Shown here: positions 46,049-56,220 of the stretch, one piece after another
How positions within the stretch are numbered: the first letter of the stretch is position 1
Layout of the letters: each line of letters opens with the position of its first letter
Assembly: GCA_045130665.1 (NCBI GenBank)
Contig: JBGUQC010000004.1
Location: forward strand, 434,283-498,282
Direction of reading: 5' to 3'
Origin: Christensenellales bacterium
GTDB lineage: Bacteria; Bacillota; Clostridia; Christensenellales; CAG-917
Length of the DNA: 64,000 nt
Program-made: the position numbers and the translations under genes
Notes under the pieces: generated by a model
Databases searched by the model: none
What the model was told of the DNA's origin: nothing
The model's input: the letters and a program-made list of their open reading frames with translations, nothing else

Positions 46049-46591
46049 TTATATATTATATACTTTATATTTTCCGTTTTTTGTAGATATGGCGAAGAAA
46101 TTGTTGTCTTCTGGCCATTTATTTAATAATCCCTCTATGCATCCTGTTGTGCATTTATGGCCCCCTACGATAATATTTACATCCATATCTTTATATGCAC
46201 TTATAATCTCATCTAAGAAGCTTTTAATTCTTGCCTTGAAAGCACCTGGATCCTCTACTCCTTTATATAGACTTCTATCTGGCAACAAACCAAATTCAAA
46301 GTGCAAGTTCTCATCTATAACCTTATTATCTGCCTCACCCATATCACATGGTTGAAGTCTTTCATCTATGATGATTTTGTTTTTATCTATTCCCGTTGCA
46401 ATAGACACAGTCTGGATTGCTCTTTCTTGAGGAGAAGAATATGCTTTAAAAAACTTAATGTTTTTTAGTTCATTACTTAATTCCTCTGCCTGCGCAATGC
46501 CATGCTCGTTTAGAGGCAAACCTGTTTTACCTTGAAGTTTGTGCTCTAAATTTAAATTAGTTTGGCCATGCCTTACAACGTATAATTTCAT
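46049..46591 (-). CDS. histidine phosphatase (phosphoglycerate-mutase-like) family protein
   Basis: 180 aa with the N-terminal LYVVRHGQTNLN catalytic RHG motif. Confidence 0.8.
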   Translation of the reverse strand: MKLYVVRHGQTNLNLEHKLQGKTGLPLNEHGIAQAEELSNELKNIKFFKAYSSPQERAIQTVSIATGIDKNKIIIDERLQPCDMGEADNKVIDENLHFEFGLLPDRSLYKGVEDPGAFKARIKSFLDEIISAYKDMDVNIIVGGHKCTTGCIEGLLNKWPEDNNFFAISTKNGKYKVYNI

Positions 46592-46592
46592 A

Positions 46593-47789
46593 TTATCCTA
46601 ATATAGATGCAACCAGTGCCTTGTTTCTTGCTAGCATAAGAGCATTAACTTTATTGTTATAATCTCCGTTATCCGTGTTAATAAAGTCTGCTTGTAAAAT
46701 AGGCATAACATCTAACCAATAGTTTATTCTCTCATCTTCAATGACTTTTATATTGTGCTTCTCAGCTATACGAAGAAGTGAACAACCAAATAAGTCAGTG
46801 AAAATATCTTCTATTCCCTTTGTAGACATACAAGCTTGAGATTGAATAACTCTTAGTTTGGTATATGTATATGCATCCTTTTCTAATTCTTCACAAGTTG
46901 TTTGGATTGCATTTTTTAATGCTTTTGTTGTGTTTCTTTGATGCCATGGATCTATCGTATGAGATTCTAAATCAAAGAACTTGTGCTTATATATGGTTTC
47001 CTCTCCCTCTTGCTCTGGTCTATATTCTTTGTCTCTTTCTCTAGTCTCAAGTAATACAACACCTGCAGCAGTTCCGTTTAAGGTTAAATCATTATATCTA
47101 AGATCTCCAATAAGCACATCTCCTGTCCCCTCTGCATATACATCTGTATCTGCATAATGAACGTAATCATAAATGGTTTTACCATTTAATGTTATTGTAG
47201 ATAGATATGTTTGAAAGTCGCCATATGTCTTCTTGCTATTTGTTAAACCACATGGATGTAACTTTAGTACTACAATTTCTCCTGGATGTGTTTCGCAGAA
47301 CTCCATTACCTGTATTATGTAATCTCTAAATATTCCAGAAACTAAAGTGTGTGTTGCATACCAATCTCCATGTGTATAACTATATTTTAGATGTAGGAAT
47401 CTACTACCTTGTAGTAATTGCTCTCCAACTGAGATTGTTTGTGTTCTTGCAAATCTATATGAAATACCTTTTCCTGCACCAGCAAGTATTTTCAATCCTT
47501 GAGATGTAGATTCATCTGTTTCAGACTTCATACTAAGTAGATTTGTATCTGCATCATGAGAACCAAGCATGGAGATATCAATAAGTCTTGGATTAGCTTC
47601 TTTAATACCCTCTATGTTTGAGAGTACAAAACCATAAGCTTTGTCCTTATTTCCCTCACTCTTAATGCCTAAGTCGGAAACATTTAACTCGCAAGCAACA
47701 AAGATTGCAAAAACTAAAATGACAGACAATATAACTGCCGTAACAATAAGTTTAGTTTTCTTTCTTTTTTGTGCCTTGTTCTCGTCCAT
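46593..47789 (-). CDS. membrane-anchored/lipoprotein PLC-like phosphodiesterase (PI-PLC X-domain-like)
   Basis: 398 aa. KRKKTKLIVTAVILSVILVFAIFVAC is an anchor or lipobox. MLGSHDA, QLLQGSRFLHLKY and THPGEIVVLKL match the PI-PLC X-domain pattern. Confidence 0.55.
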   Translation of the reverse strand: MDENKAQKRKKTKLIVTAVILSVILVFAIFVACELNVSDLGIKSEGNKDKAYGFVLSNIEGIKEANPRLIDISMLGSHDADTNLLSMKSETDESTSQGLKILAGAGKGISYRFARTQTISVGEQLLQGSRFLHLKYSYTHGDWYATHTLVSGIFRDYIIQVMEFCETHPGEIVVLKLHPCGLTNSKKTYGDFQTYLSTITLNGKTIYDYVHYADTDVYAEGTGDVLIGDLRYNDLTLNGTAAGVVLLETRERDKEYRPEQEGEETIYKHKFFDLESHTIDPWHQRNTTKALKNAIQTTCEELEKDAYTYTKLRVIQSQACMSTKGIEDIFTDLFGCSLLRIAEKHNIKVIEDERINYWLDVMPILQADFINTDNGDYNNKVNALMLARNKALVASILG

Positions 47790-47996
47790 AATAAATTTGC
47801 AATTTGGGACTATAAAAAATCCCCCTTATCAATATTTAATATTATCATATTAACAATTCGTAAAACAATATACAGATTTTTAGATATGTATATTTTCTTT
47901 TACACGGATAAAAATTTTTCTTAAAAATTTCAAAAATCTATGTAGGAAACATACGCTTTATGCTATAATTACCTTATTAAAATCAGGAGATTTAAG

Positions 47997-49787
47997 ATGA
48001 TTAATTATTTTTGCAAGACCCCACTTTGGGAATCTAGTAGAACACTTGTAGATGTTGCTCAAGGCAGAAAAGAAGCAGACACAGTTATAAAGGGCGCAAC
48101 CCTAGTTAATGTTTGCACACATGAATTTATTGAGAATACAGATGTTGCAATAGTCATGGGCCGTATTGCTATGGTTGGAGATTGTTCACATTGTATTGGA
48201 GATAATACAAAGGTTATAGATGCAAAAGGCAAATATCTTGCTCCTGCATTTATGGATGGGCACATCCACATTGAATCTTCCATGATAGCGCCAAGCACTT
48301 ATGCAAAAGCAGTTGTCCCACACGGAACATCTGTTGTGTTTATGGATCCACACGAGATATATAACGTCACTGGACAAGTAGGTGTAGACTGGATGCTTAA
48401 AGATGCAGCAAATACTCCTCTAAAAGCAATTCTAACCGCCCCTTCTTGTGTTCCAGCAGTTCCTGGTTTTGAAGACACTGGCTCATTCGTTGGACCAGAA
48501 GAGATTAAAAAAGCAATGGAAATGAATGAATGTGTTGGCCTTGGAGAGATGATGAACTTCCCTGGCATCCTTTCTTCAGATGCAACAGCACATGCAATAG
48601 TTGGAGAAACATTAAAAGCAGGGAAAATTGCAACAGGTCACTACTCCATTCCAGAAACAGGCAAAGGATTAAATGCATACATAGCATCTGGTATCCGTTG
48701 CTGCCATGAATCTGTATCCGAAGAAGATGCAATAGCCAAGATGAGATTGGGTATGTACTGTCTCTTTAGAGAAGGCTCTGCTTGGCATGATTTACAAGAA
48801 GTTGGCAAGGCAATAACAAAACACGAGATAGATTCAAGATTTGCTTGTCTTTGTTCAGATGATGCTCATCCTCATACTATTATTGGTAAGGGCCATTTAG
48901 ATTATATTATTAAAAGAGCAATCGAGGAAGGAATAGATCCTATCACAGCTATTCAAATGGTAACAATTAACATTGCACAATGTTATCAGCTAGACCATGA
49001 AATGGGCTCTGTAACGCCTTCTAAATGCGCTGATTTGGTTTTAATAGATGATATCAATAATTGTCACGTTGTTGACGTATGGATTAATGGAGACCACGTA
49101 GCACATAATGGTGAAATGCTCGTTGAAACAAACCTATATCCATATCCAAATACTTTAAAGAATTCTGTACACCTCACTCTAAAGAGTGAAAAGGACTTTG
49201 TTTTAAAACATCCAGGAGACAAAGTTAAGGTTAGAGCTATTGAAGTAACTCCTGGAAAAGTTGGTACAAATGAATACATAACAACACTAGATGTTAAAGA
49301 CGGAGAAATACAAACAGATCCAAACCAAGATATCTTAAAAGCATTTGTCTTTGAAAGACATCATGAAACTGGAACGGTTGGTATTGGATTTATAAAAGGC
49401 TTTGGCATTAAAGAAGGTGCTCTTGCTCAAACATTCGCACACGATGCACATAATCTTTTGGTTGTTGGAAGCAATAATGCAGATATGGCACTTGCTGCAA
49501 ACGAATTAATTAAATGCGGTGGCGGTATGATAGCTGTTCAAAACGGAAAGATTATAGGAAAAGTTGAACTACCTATTGCTGGTCTTGTTTCAGATGAACC
49601 AATTGAGATTATGAATAAAAAAATTCATGAACTTGAACTTGCATGGGCAAAGATGGGTTCTACTCTTCCTTCCCCATTCATGACAATGTCTATTGTCCCT
49701 CTTGCTTGTATTCCAGTTTTAAGACTTACAAATAGAGGACTTGTAAACTGTCTATCATTTACTTTTGAAAAATCTATATTAGATTAA
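47997..49787 (+). CDS. ade: adenine deaminase
   Basis: 596 aa with GKYLAPAFMDGHIHIESSM, a later FAHDAHNLLVVG, and SD AGGAG. Confidence 0.85.
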   Translation: MINYFCKTPLWESSRTLVDVAQGRKEADTVIKGATLVNVCTHEFIENTDVAIVMGRIAMVGDCSHCIGDNTKVIDAKGKYLAPAFMDGHIHIESSMIAPSTYAKAVVPHGTSVVFMDPHEIYNVTGQVGVDWMLKDAANTPLKAILTAPSCVPAVPGFEDTGSFVGPEEIKKAMEMNECVGLGEMMNFPGILSSDATAHAIVGETLKAGKIATGHYSIPETGKGLNAYIASGIRCCHESVSEEDAIAKMRLGMYCLFREGSAWHDLQEVGKAITKHEIDSRFACLCSDDAHPHTIIGKGHLDYIIKRAIEEGIDPITAIQMVTINIAQCYQLDHEMGSVTPSKCADLVLIDDINNCHVVDVWINGDHVAHNGEMLVETNLYPYPNTLKNSVHLTLKSEKDFVLKHPGDKVKVRAIEVTPGKVGTNEYITTLDVKDGEIQTDPNQDILKAFVFERHHETGTVGIGFIKGFGIKEGALAQTFAHDAHNLLVVGSNNADMALAANELIKCGGGMIAVQNGKIIGKVELPIAGLVSDEPIEIMNKKIHELELAWAKMGSTLPSPFMTMSIVPLACIPVLRLTNRGLVNCLSFTFEKSILD

Positions 49788-49802
49788 TACAATATATAAT
49801 AT

Positions 49803-49841
49803 ATAAAAAAGATACCGTGGTTTTGCCAAGGTATCTTTTTA
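49803..49841. terminator. bidirectional terminator between ade and efp
   Basis: AAGATACC-gtggttttgccaa-GGTATCTT flanked by A- and T-runs. Confidence 0.7.
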
Positions 49842-49857
49842 TTTGTCTTAATAAGAA

Positions 49858-50421
49858 TTATAAACGAGACATATATTCGCCTGTTCTTGTATCGATTCTA
49901 ATAACGTCTCCTTCGTTAACAAACATTGGAACTTGTAATTCAAATCCAGTTTCAACTGTTGCAGGTTTCTTTCCAGATGTTGCTGTGTTACCCATAACTG
50001 CTGGTTCACATACTGTTACTTTGAGTTCTACAAAGTTTGCTGGTTCAACTGAGAATGCTTTGCCTTGGAAGAATTTTACTGTTACTGAATCATTTTCTTT
50101 AATGAATTGTAATGTGTCAGATACTTGCTCATATGTTAATGGAACCATTTCATATGTATCGTTATCCATGAAGTAATAGAAATCTCCGTCATTGTAGCTA
50201 TATTGCATTGTCTTAGTTTCAATAGTTGCTAATTCTAATTTTTCTGTTGGGTTGAATGTTCTTTCTAAAACTTTACCTGTTACAACGTTTTTAAGTGTTG
50301 TTCTTACGAATGCTGCACCTTTACCTGGTTTTACATGTAAGAATTCAACAACTGTCATAATGTTGTTATCTAATAAGAAAGTAACGTTTTTTCTGATTTC
50401 ACCTGCGGTAATGTTTGCCAT
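49858..50421 (-). CDS. efp: translation elongation factor P
   Basis: 187 aa with [18 protein letters not shown] and the conserved modified Lys loop. Confidence 0.95.
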   Translation of the reverse strand: MANITAGEIRKNVTFLLDNNIMTVVEFLHVKPGKGAAFVRTTLKNVVTGKVLERTFNPTEKLELATIETKTMQYSYNDGDFYYFMDNDTYEMVPLTYEQVSDTLQFIKENDSVTVKFFQGKAFSVEPANFVELKVTVCEPAVMGNTATSGKKPATVETGFELQVPMFVNEGDVIRIDTRTGEYMSRL

Positions 50422-50460
50422 AGTTTTATCTCCTATATATTTATAAATTAAATTTCTAAT

Positions 50461-51159
50461 TTAAAGAACAATTAAGTTTGTTGGTATTTTACTTAATGCT
50501 CCTGTTTTTCCAATGATATACATGTCCTCTATTCTAACACCCATTTTATTTGGGAGATAGATACCTGGTTCAACAGTGACAACCTCGTTTTTTTGAAGTG
50601 TCTCTTCACTCTTTGTATTGAGTGTCGGTGCTTCGTGTATTTCACAACCTACACCATGACCTGTTCCATGTATATAGTATTCGCCGTATCCTTCATTAAC
50701 AATTACATCTCTTGCAATCTTGTCTATTCCTTTGCAAGAATAGCCTTCGGCTAATGCATCTACGGCTAAATCTTTAGATCTTTTTACAATCTCATAAATT
50801 TTCTTTTGTTCATCATTTACAAAACCAAAACCGAATGTTCTTGTAAAGTCTGAGCATTGCCCATCTTTGACTGCACCCATATCTAAAGTTACTAACATGC
50901 CTTTTTCAAGTTTTTTATCTTTAGAAGGAACGTGGTGTGGCTCACATCCATTTTCGCCAAAGGCTGCTATGGTGTTGAAAGATAAACCATCCCCTCCTTC
51001 TTCAATAACGAACTTGTATACCAAAAGGGCAAGGTCTAATTCGGTCATGCCCTCTTTGATATAACTTGTTGTAATCTTATCGTAGACGACATCAATGATA
51101 CGAACTGCTTCTAATATCGCTTTGATGTCCTCTTCTGTTTTGATAAGTCTACTTGGCAT
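50461..51159 (-). CDS. M24-family peptidase, catalytic (pita-bread) domain only
   Basis: 232 aa with the metal ligands in TLDMGA...[16 protein letters not shown] and VTVEPG. There is no creatinase-like N-domain. The start overlaps the rny 3' end by 11 nt. Confidence 0.75.
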   Translation of the reverse strand: MPSRLIKTEEDIKAILEAVRIIDVVYDKITTSYIKEGMTELDLALLVYKFVIEEGGDGLSFNTIAAFGENGCEPHHVPSKDKKLEKGMLVTLDMGAVKDGQCSDFTRTFGFGFVNDEQKKIYEIVKRSKDLAVDALAEGYSCKGIDKIARDVIVNEGYGEYYIHGTGHGVGCEIHEAPTLNTKSEETLQKNEVVTVEPGIYLPNKMGVRIEDMYIIGKTGALSKIPTNLIVL

Positions 51160-52765
51160 ATTCTACGCTTCTTACTTCTCTAATTACGTTAACCTTGATT
51201 TGGCCTGGATACTCAAGTTCATTTTCAAGTTTTTCAGCGATTTCCTTTGCAAGGAATACTGTTGCTTGATCTCCAACCTTTTCTGGTTTAACCATAACTC
51301 TGATTTCACGTCCTGCTTGTACTGCGAAGGATTGCTCAACTCCATCAAAGGATTTTGCAATTTCTTCAAGTTTTTCAATACGTTTAACGTAATTCTCTAA
51401 TGATTCACGTCTTGCACCTGGACGAGCAGAAGAAATAGTATCTGCAGCTTGTACTAATACAGCTTCAATAGTTGTTGGTTCAATATCGTTGTGGTGAGCA
51501 GCTACTGCATGAATAACTTCTGCACTTTCATGATATCTCTTTAAAAGGTCTACACCAATTGATACGTGTGTTCCTTCAACCTCGTGGTCTATTGACTTAC
51601 CTATATCGTGCAACAAACCTGCTCTCTTTGCTATCTTTGGATTAATGCCTAATTCGCTTGCCATTGCAGATGCCAACATAGCAACTTCAACAGAGTGTCT
51701 TAATACATTTTGTCCATAACTTGTACGATACTTTAATCTTCCAAGAATCTTTGTGAGTTCTGGATTTAATGCATGTATGCCAACTTCGAATAAGGCTTCC
51801 TCGCCTGCTTCTTTAATTGTTTGATCAATTTCTTTTCTAGTCTTCTCTGCGAGTTCTTCGATTCTTGCTGGATGAACACGTCCATCTGAAATAAGCTTCT
51901 CAAGAGTAATTCTTGCGATTTCTCTTCTGACTGGATCAAAGCTAGATAATGTGATTACGTCTGGTGTGTCATCAATAATAACATCTACACCAGTTGCTGA
52001 TTCAAGAGCTCTAATATTACGTCCCATACGTCCAATAATACGTCCCTTCATTTCTTCATTTGGAAGTGCTACTGAAGATATTGTATTCTCAGATGCATGA
52101 TCTGCAGCACAACGTTGTATTGCCATTGCAATGATATTTTGTGCTTCTTTATTTGCGTTATCCTTTGCTTCTTCAACGATTTTCTTTGCTTCAGCTGCGG
52201 ATGATTCTTTGACTGCTTCAATTAATGATGCCTTTATTTCTTCTGTGGCTTCTGCTTTTGAAAGGCCTGCCACTCTTTGTAATTCTTGCTCTACTTTTTC
52301 TTCGGACTTAACTAAGTTTTCTTCTCTTTCAACTAATTTTGTCTTTTGTGTTTCTAGAGTTTTCTTTTGGTCATCTAATTCAAGTAACTTTCTTTCGAGG
52401 TTATTCTCTTTTATATCTAAAATCTCTTGTTTCTTGTCTAGAGATATTTCTTTTTGTGAAAGTCTATTGTCTGTTCTTTGCCACTCTTGTTTCTTTTCTT
52501 TTGTTTCATTTTCGAAGTCTGCCTTCATTTTGTTTAGTTGCTCTTTGGCATCTAACATTCCATCTTTTCTTATGGAAGCGGCTTCGAGATTTGCTTCTTC
52601 TACGATTCTTGCTGCTTCTTTTTTAGCTACTCCAATCTTGTTTTGGGTGTAGATTCTGTATCCAAACCAACCAAGAAGAGCACCTACTAAAGCGGTTGCA
52701 ATTGCTATTCCAGCAATTCCCCCTGGACCGAGCGCAGCAAGCATAAAAATTAAACTGCTTGTCAT
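51149..52765 (-). CDS. rny: ribonuclease Y
   Basis: 538 aa with an N-terminal TM helix, a coiled coil, the KH motif [15 protein letters not shown], and the HD domain LLHDIGK. Confidence 0.95.
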   Translation of the reverse strand: MTSSLIFMLAALGPGGIAGIAIATALVGALLGWFGYRIYTQNKIGVAKKEAARIVEEANLEAASIRKDGMLDAKEQLNKMKADFENETKEKKQEWQRTDNRLSQKEISLDKKQEILDIKENNLERKLLELDDQKKTLETQKTKLVEREENLVKSEEKVEQELQRVAGLSKAEATEEIKASLIEAVKESSAAEAKKIVEEAKDNANKEAQNIIAMAIQRCAADHASENTISSVALPNEEMKGRIIGRMGRNIRALESATGVDVIIDDTPDVITLSSFDPVRREIARITLEKLISDGRVHPARIEELAEKTRKEIDQTIKEAGEEALFEVGIHALNPELTKILGRLKYRTSYGQNVLRHSVEVAMLASAMASELGINPKIAKRAGLLHDIGKSIDHEVEGTHVSIGVDLLKRYHESAEVIHAVAAHHNDIEPTTIEAVLVQAADTISSARPGARRESLENYVKRIEKLEEIAKSFDGVEQSFAVQAGREIRVMVKPEKVGDQATVFLAKEIAEKLENELEYPGQIKVNVIREVRSVEYAK

Positions 52766-52847
52766 CGCTGACCTCCGTATATATAATCAGTAGCCCCATT
52801 TAATAATTATTATCTTTCTAAATAATTATAAAGACTCTGTCGCAAAA

Positions 52848-52877
52848 ATTATAAACGATGGATGGTCTATTAGTCAA
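52848..52877 (-). promoter_or_regulatory. rny promoter
   Basis: Minus strand reads TTGACT, an 18-nt spacer, then TATAAT. Confidence 0.5.
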
Positions 52878-53004
52878 TCTTTACTTTTATATCGGCAGAA
52901 AAAATTTTTAATAATTTTTTGATTTTTATAATACACGCGACACTAAGCAATTAAAACCTCACTTGTGTAATTTGTCTAAAAATCGATATTCTAACCATAT
53001 AAAA

Positions 53005-53038
53005 CAATAAAAAATGCCCCAACCAAATGGTCAGGGCA
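53005..53038 (-). terminator. terminator after the acidic-tail membrane protein gene
   Basis: Minus strand reads TGCCC-tgaccatttggttg-GGGCA followed by TTTTTTATT. Confidence 0.5.
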
Positions 53039-53058
53039 AATCATCAATTTATTAGGTT

Positions 53059-53739
53059 TTATTCCTCTTCTTTTTCTTTTATTTCTTCTGCTGGTTCTTC
53101 AACTGTTTCTTCCTCTTCTTTTGCTTCTTCAACTGTTTCTTCTTCTACAGTTTGTTCAGCAAGAGCTTGAGCTTTTTGTTGTTTTTCAATAATTGGTAAT
53201 GGAGCAAGAGTTAATCCACCACCAAGTTTGATTGTCTTTCCCTTGCATGCAAGAACTCCACTTACAAGTGGAACTGTAATGAATATTATAGAAAGAACAA
53301 GCATGAATGCGTAAATAACCCAAAGGAATGTGCCATTTCCAAACCATGCAATAAATCCCTCTTCTATTCTATTAACAGCCATGATTTTTCCAACTGGTCC
53401 CATTACTCCCTTGCTATGATAAACAAAGATTGCAACGAATACATAAACAAGTGGAACTGTTAAGATAGTTGAGAAAGTTGTTATACCAATTGTTAAACCA
53501 TTTCTAAGTTTCTTATCTTCAAATTGAAGAGCAACGTTAGAAAACATCATAATACCAGTAGCCATTGTTACAATAACAATGATGTATTTTCCAAGCAGAT
53601 TTGAAATATTACAGAATGCTGGGAAGAAACCATCTTCTGGATTTTCTTGCATTGCATTTAATAAGAACAAAATGCCTATAACAATAATTACTACTGAAAG
53701 TGCTAAAAGTGATATCACTATCTTGTTATGTTTTGACAT
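53059..53739 (-). CDS. polytopic membrane protein with Glu-rich repetitive tail, function unknown
   Basis: 226 aa with about 5 TM segments and the tail EQTVEEETVEEAKEEEETVEEPAEEIKEKEEE. Confidence 0.7.
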   Translation of the reverse strand: MSKHNKIVISLLALSVVIIVIGILFLLNAMQENPEDGFFPAFCNISNLLGKYIIVIVTMATGIMMFSNVALQFEDKKLRNGLTIGITTFSTILTVPLVYVFVAIFVYHSKGVMGPVGKIMAVNRIEEGFIAWFGNGTFLWVIYAFMLVLSIIFITVPLVSGVLACKGKTIKLGGGLTLAPLPIIEKQQKAQALAEQTVEEETVEEAKEEEETVEEPAEEIKEKEEE

Positions 53740-53848
53740 ATAAATAACCTCAATATTTAATTCTTTTTAAGTATATAATATATAAAGTTATTATTTCAAT
53801 AATTGATTTTTATTTTTTTGAATTATCCTTTATAATAATATTTAGTTT

Positions 53849-53937
53849 GGAGTGATATCGAAGTGGTCATAACGAGCCGCACTCGAAATGCGGTGATGAG
53901 CAATCATCCGAGGGTTCGAATCCCTCTCACTCCGCCA
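53849..53937 (+). tRNA. tRNA-Ser (anticodon CGA), CCA encoded
   Basis: Acceptor stem GGAGTGA/TCACTCC, anticodon stem-loop CCGCA-CT-CGA-AA-TGCGG, long variable arm, T-arm GAGGG-TTCGAAT-CCCTC, 3' GCCA. Confidence 0.9.
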
Positions 53938-54032
53938 CATGTTTTATATGATTTAAGGAGGACACGCTTACGGGCAACTTTAGACAATTAAAAGTCGTAG
54001 ACAACTTTTATCAAAACAATCTTTTTTATCCA

Positions 54033-54887
54033 ATGCCAACAGTTATTATTTCAACACTTTGTGAAGATGGAATGACAACTTTAGGTAGCTATTCACTCGT
54101 ATTCCCTTATTACATCGCAGGCAAAGATCGCTATGCAATGCTTTTGGAATGCCGTAATTCATCCAATACAGCACAAAACATTTTAAAGAATGGAAAGTGC
54201 GCTCTTAATTTCATTAAGGATGATAGAAAATACTTCAAAGAAGCAGTCCGTTTAGGATTCCCTGGCAAAACACCAGCAGAAAAGATGAATGGATGCAATT
54301 TTGAACTTATAAAAGGTCAAGCTGAAGGAGATAGACCTCTCATTCTAAAAGATGCATATCAAGTTATTGAATGTACATGGGATGATACCTTAGAAGATGG
54401 TTATAAATCAAAAGAACATATTGGAGAATTGGAAGGCGTAGAGCCCCCATATAATAGTTTTAACGGTATAACATCTAAATTTGGTTGTCACTTCATTCTC
54501 AACATTGAAGACATACTCATGGAAGAAAAATATGCTGACAATCTTAAAAATGGTCTAAAGACAAATTCCTTCCCTCCTGTTCCTGTTGATTATGGTTACC
54601 ATGATAGCAAGAATTTCTGGTATAAAAAATTCAAAGGATTCAAGCCAACATCTGAGGCTATTGCAGATAGTAATGCATGTTCTGTAGATAGTGTAATGTA
54701 TTGTGCAGAAAGGCTAGATACCAACGTAAAATTTACCAAAGAAGCATGCGAAATGTATGTTAAAATTCCACGCCCATTTATGAAGGCTGCATTGATGCAA
54801 ATTGTTGAAATTGCTGAGAAAAATGGCATCGAAGTAATTGATAAAGAAGCCGCACTAAAAATTGCAGAATTGAGAAAGAAAAAGTAA
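54033..54887 (+). CDS. flavin-reductase-like (FMN-binding split-barrel) domain protein with C-terminal extension; true start uncertain
   Basis: 284 aa from ATG 54033, which has no SD. The frame stays open upstream to 53952, and a perfect AAGGAGG lies at 53955-61. The N-terminal PTVIISTL...G..N.. pattern is flavin-reductase-like. Confidence 0.4.
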   Translation: MPTVIISTLCEDGMTTLGSYSLVFPYYIAGKDRYAMLLECRNSSNTAQNILKNGKCALNFIKDDRKYFKEAVRLGFPGKTPAEKMNGCNFELIKGQAEGDRPLILKDAYQVIECTWDDTLEDGYKSKEHIGELEGVEPPYNSFNGITSKFGCHFILNIEDILMEEKYADNLKNGLKTNSFPPVPVDYGYHDSKNFWYKKFKGFKPTSEAIADSNACSVDSVMYCAERLDTNVKFTKEACEMYVKIPRPFMKAALMQIVEIAEKNGIEVIDKEAALKIAELRKKK

Positions 54888-54904
54888 AAAATTATTTATT
54901 AATA

Positions 54905-54945
54905 AATAAAAGCAGCCCAACTTTTTGAGTCGAGCTGTTTTATTA
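54905..54945. terminator. imperfect bidirectional hairpin between convergent genes
   Basis: AGCAGCCCAAC-tttttga-GTCGAGCTGTT followed by TTT. Confidence 0.45.
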
Positions 54946-54954
54946 TTTACTAAA

Positions 54955-56085
54955 TTATCTTCCTTGAATGTTCTTTTCTGTCTTTATATGCTTCTTGTGA
55001 GTATACATTTCACTATCTGCTTTTTGTAAAACTTCTTGATATCTTTGTCCCTTTTGATAGATAGCGTATCCACGAGCGACTGAGAATATTAGATTTTGTC
55101 CTTCATACTCTATTTCACTATATAAAAGTTTTTCATCTAAATCTTGTAGTGTCTTATCAAAGTTTTCTAAATCCTTGCCTCTTGCAATAGCTATAAATTC
55201 GTCTCCGCCAACATGGAATAATTTGGATTTTTCATCTGTGAAAATTGTTGGTAATAATTCTCCACATCTAATAATTAAATAACATCCATAATGATGTCCA
55301 AATAAGTCATTAGTGTACTTTAGATTGTTTAAATCCAACATTACAACAGCATATGGTTCAACATTGCTATTTTTTTCTTCATCGGCAATCTTATCAAGTT
55401 CAAATGAATAAGATCTCTCATTTAATAATCCAGTTAGATTGTCGTAGTATGTAAGCTTTTCTAATTCAGCAGCATACTTGTACTCTCTCATGGTAACACT
55501 ATAGTGACGAATTGAAATAAATATAACAACAGCAAGATAAACAAAACTATAAATAGCATTTTCAATTCTGAAGTTGTCATCAAAGAAGGCATATGGTTTT
55601 ACTGCCGTATATACTCCAATGCAGATAATTGACAATGCAACTATGAAAATAAATATTCTTGGTTCTACTATGAATAATCCGGCAATTGCTGTACAAACAA
55701 TAAGATAAATGTATGGAGATAATCCTATCTTTAAATCCATTACACAAAGCAATGTTGCACCAGCTATCATTAAGAATGCAAATACGTGATCCGCAATAGC
55801 AACAAAACCCATTGGGACTTTTTTATACTTGTTTAGAACAAGTATTGCTATCGTTGCTAGGGAAATAACAACATAGAAAATATCAGCTGCAAGATATATA
55901 TAATCCTCAACTAAACCTGCAGTATTATCATCAAACTCCCAATAAATACTCATTGTTAAACCAAAAGCAGCAATTAATGCTAAACAAACAATCATTATTG
56001 TTCTGTGCTTTTCAACGTGCTTAGCAAAAGCATTTAAAAAGATATTGAATCTTTCTTTTGAAAATGGTTTTAATTTTCCTGACAT
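54955..56085 (-). CDS. membrane-bound diguanylate cyclase (GGDEF)
   Basis: 376 aa. About 6-7 TM segments are followed by DNLTGLLNERSY and HVGGDEFIAI. Confidence 0.8.
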   Translation of the reverse strand: MSGKLKPFSKERFNIFLNAFAKHVEKHRTIMIVCLALIAAFGLTMSIYWEFDDNTAGLVEDYIYLAADIFYVVISLATIAILVLNKYKKVPMGFVAIADHVFAFLMIAGATLLCVMDLKIGLSPYIYLIVCTAIAGLFIVEPRIFIFIVALSIICIGVYTAVKPYAFFDDNFRIENAIYSFVYLAVVIFISIRHYSVTMREYKYAAELEKLTYYDNLTGLLNERSYSFELDKIADEEKNSNVEPYAVVMLDLNNLKYTNDLFGHHYGCYLIIRCGELLPTIFTDEKSKLFHVGGDEFIAIARGKDLENFDKTLQDLDEKLLYSEIEYEGQNLIFSVARGYAIYQKGQRYQEVLQKADSEMYTHKKHIKTEKNIQGR

Positions 56086-56220
56086 ATCTCTTTCCCTTTT
56101 TTTATAGTAATATTCTAATTGTTTTATAATATATAAACAAGTTTTATTTAAAATAATTGTAGATTTCCTTTTTTATTAAAAATGAAGTATAATATTTGCA
56201 CTATATCTGGAGATAACATA

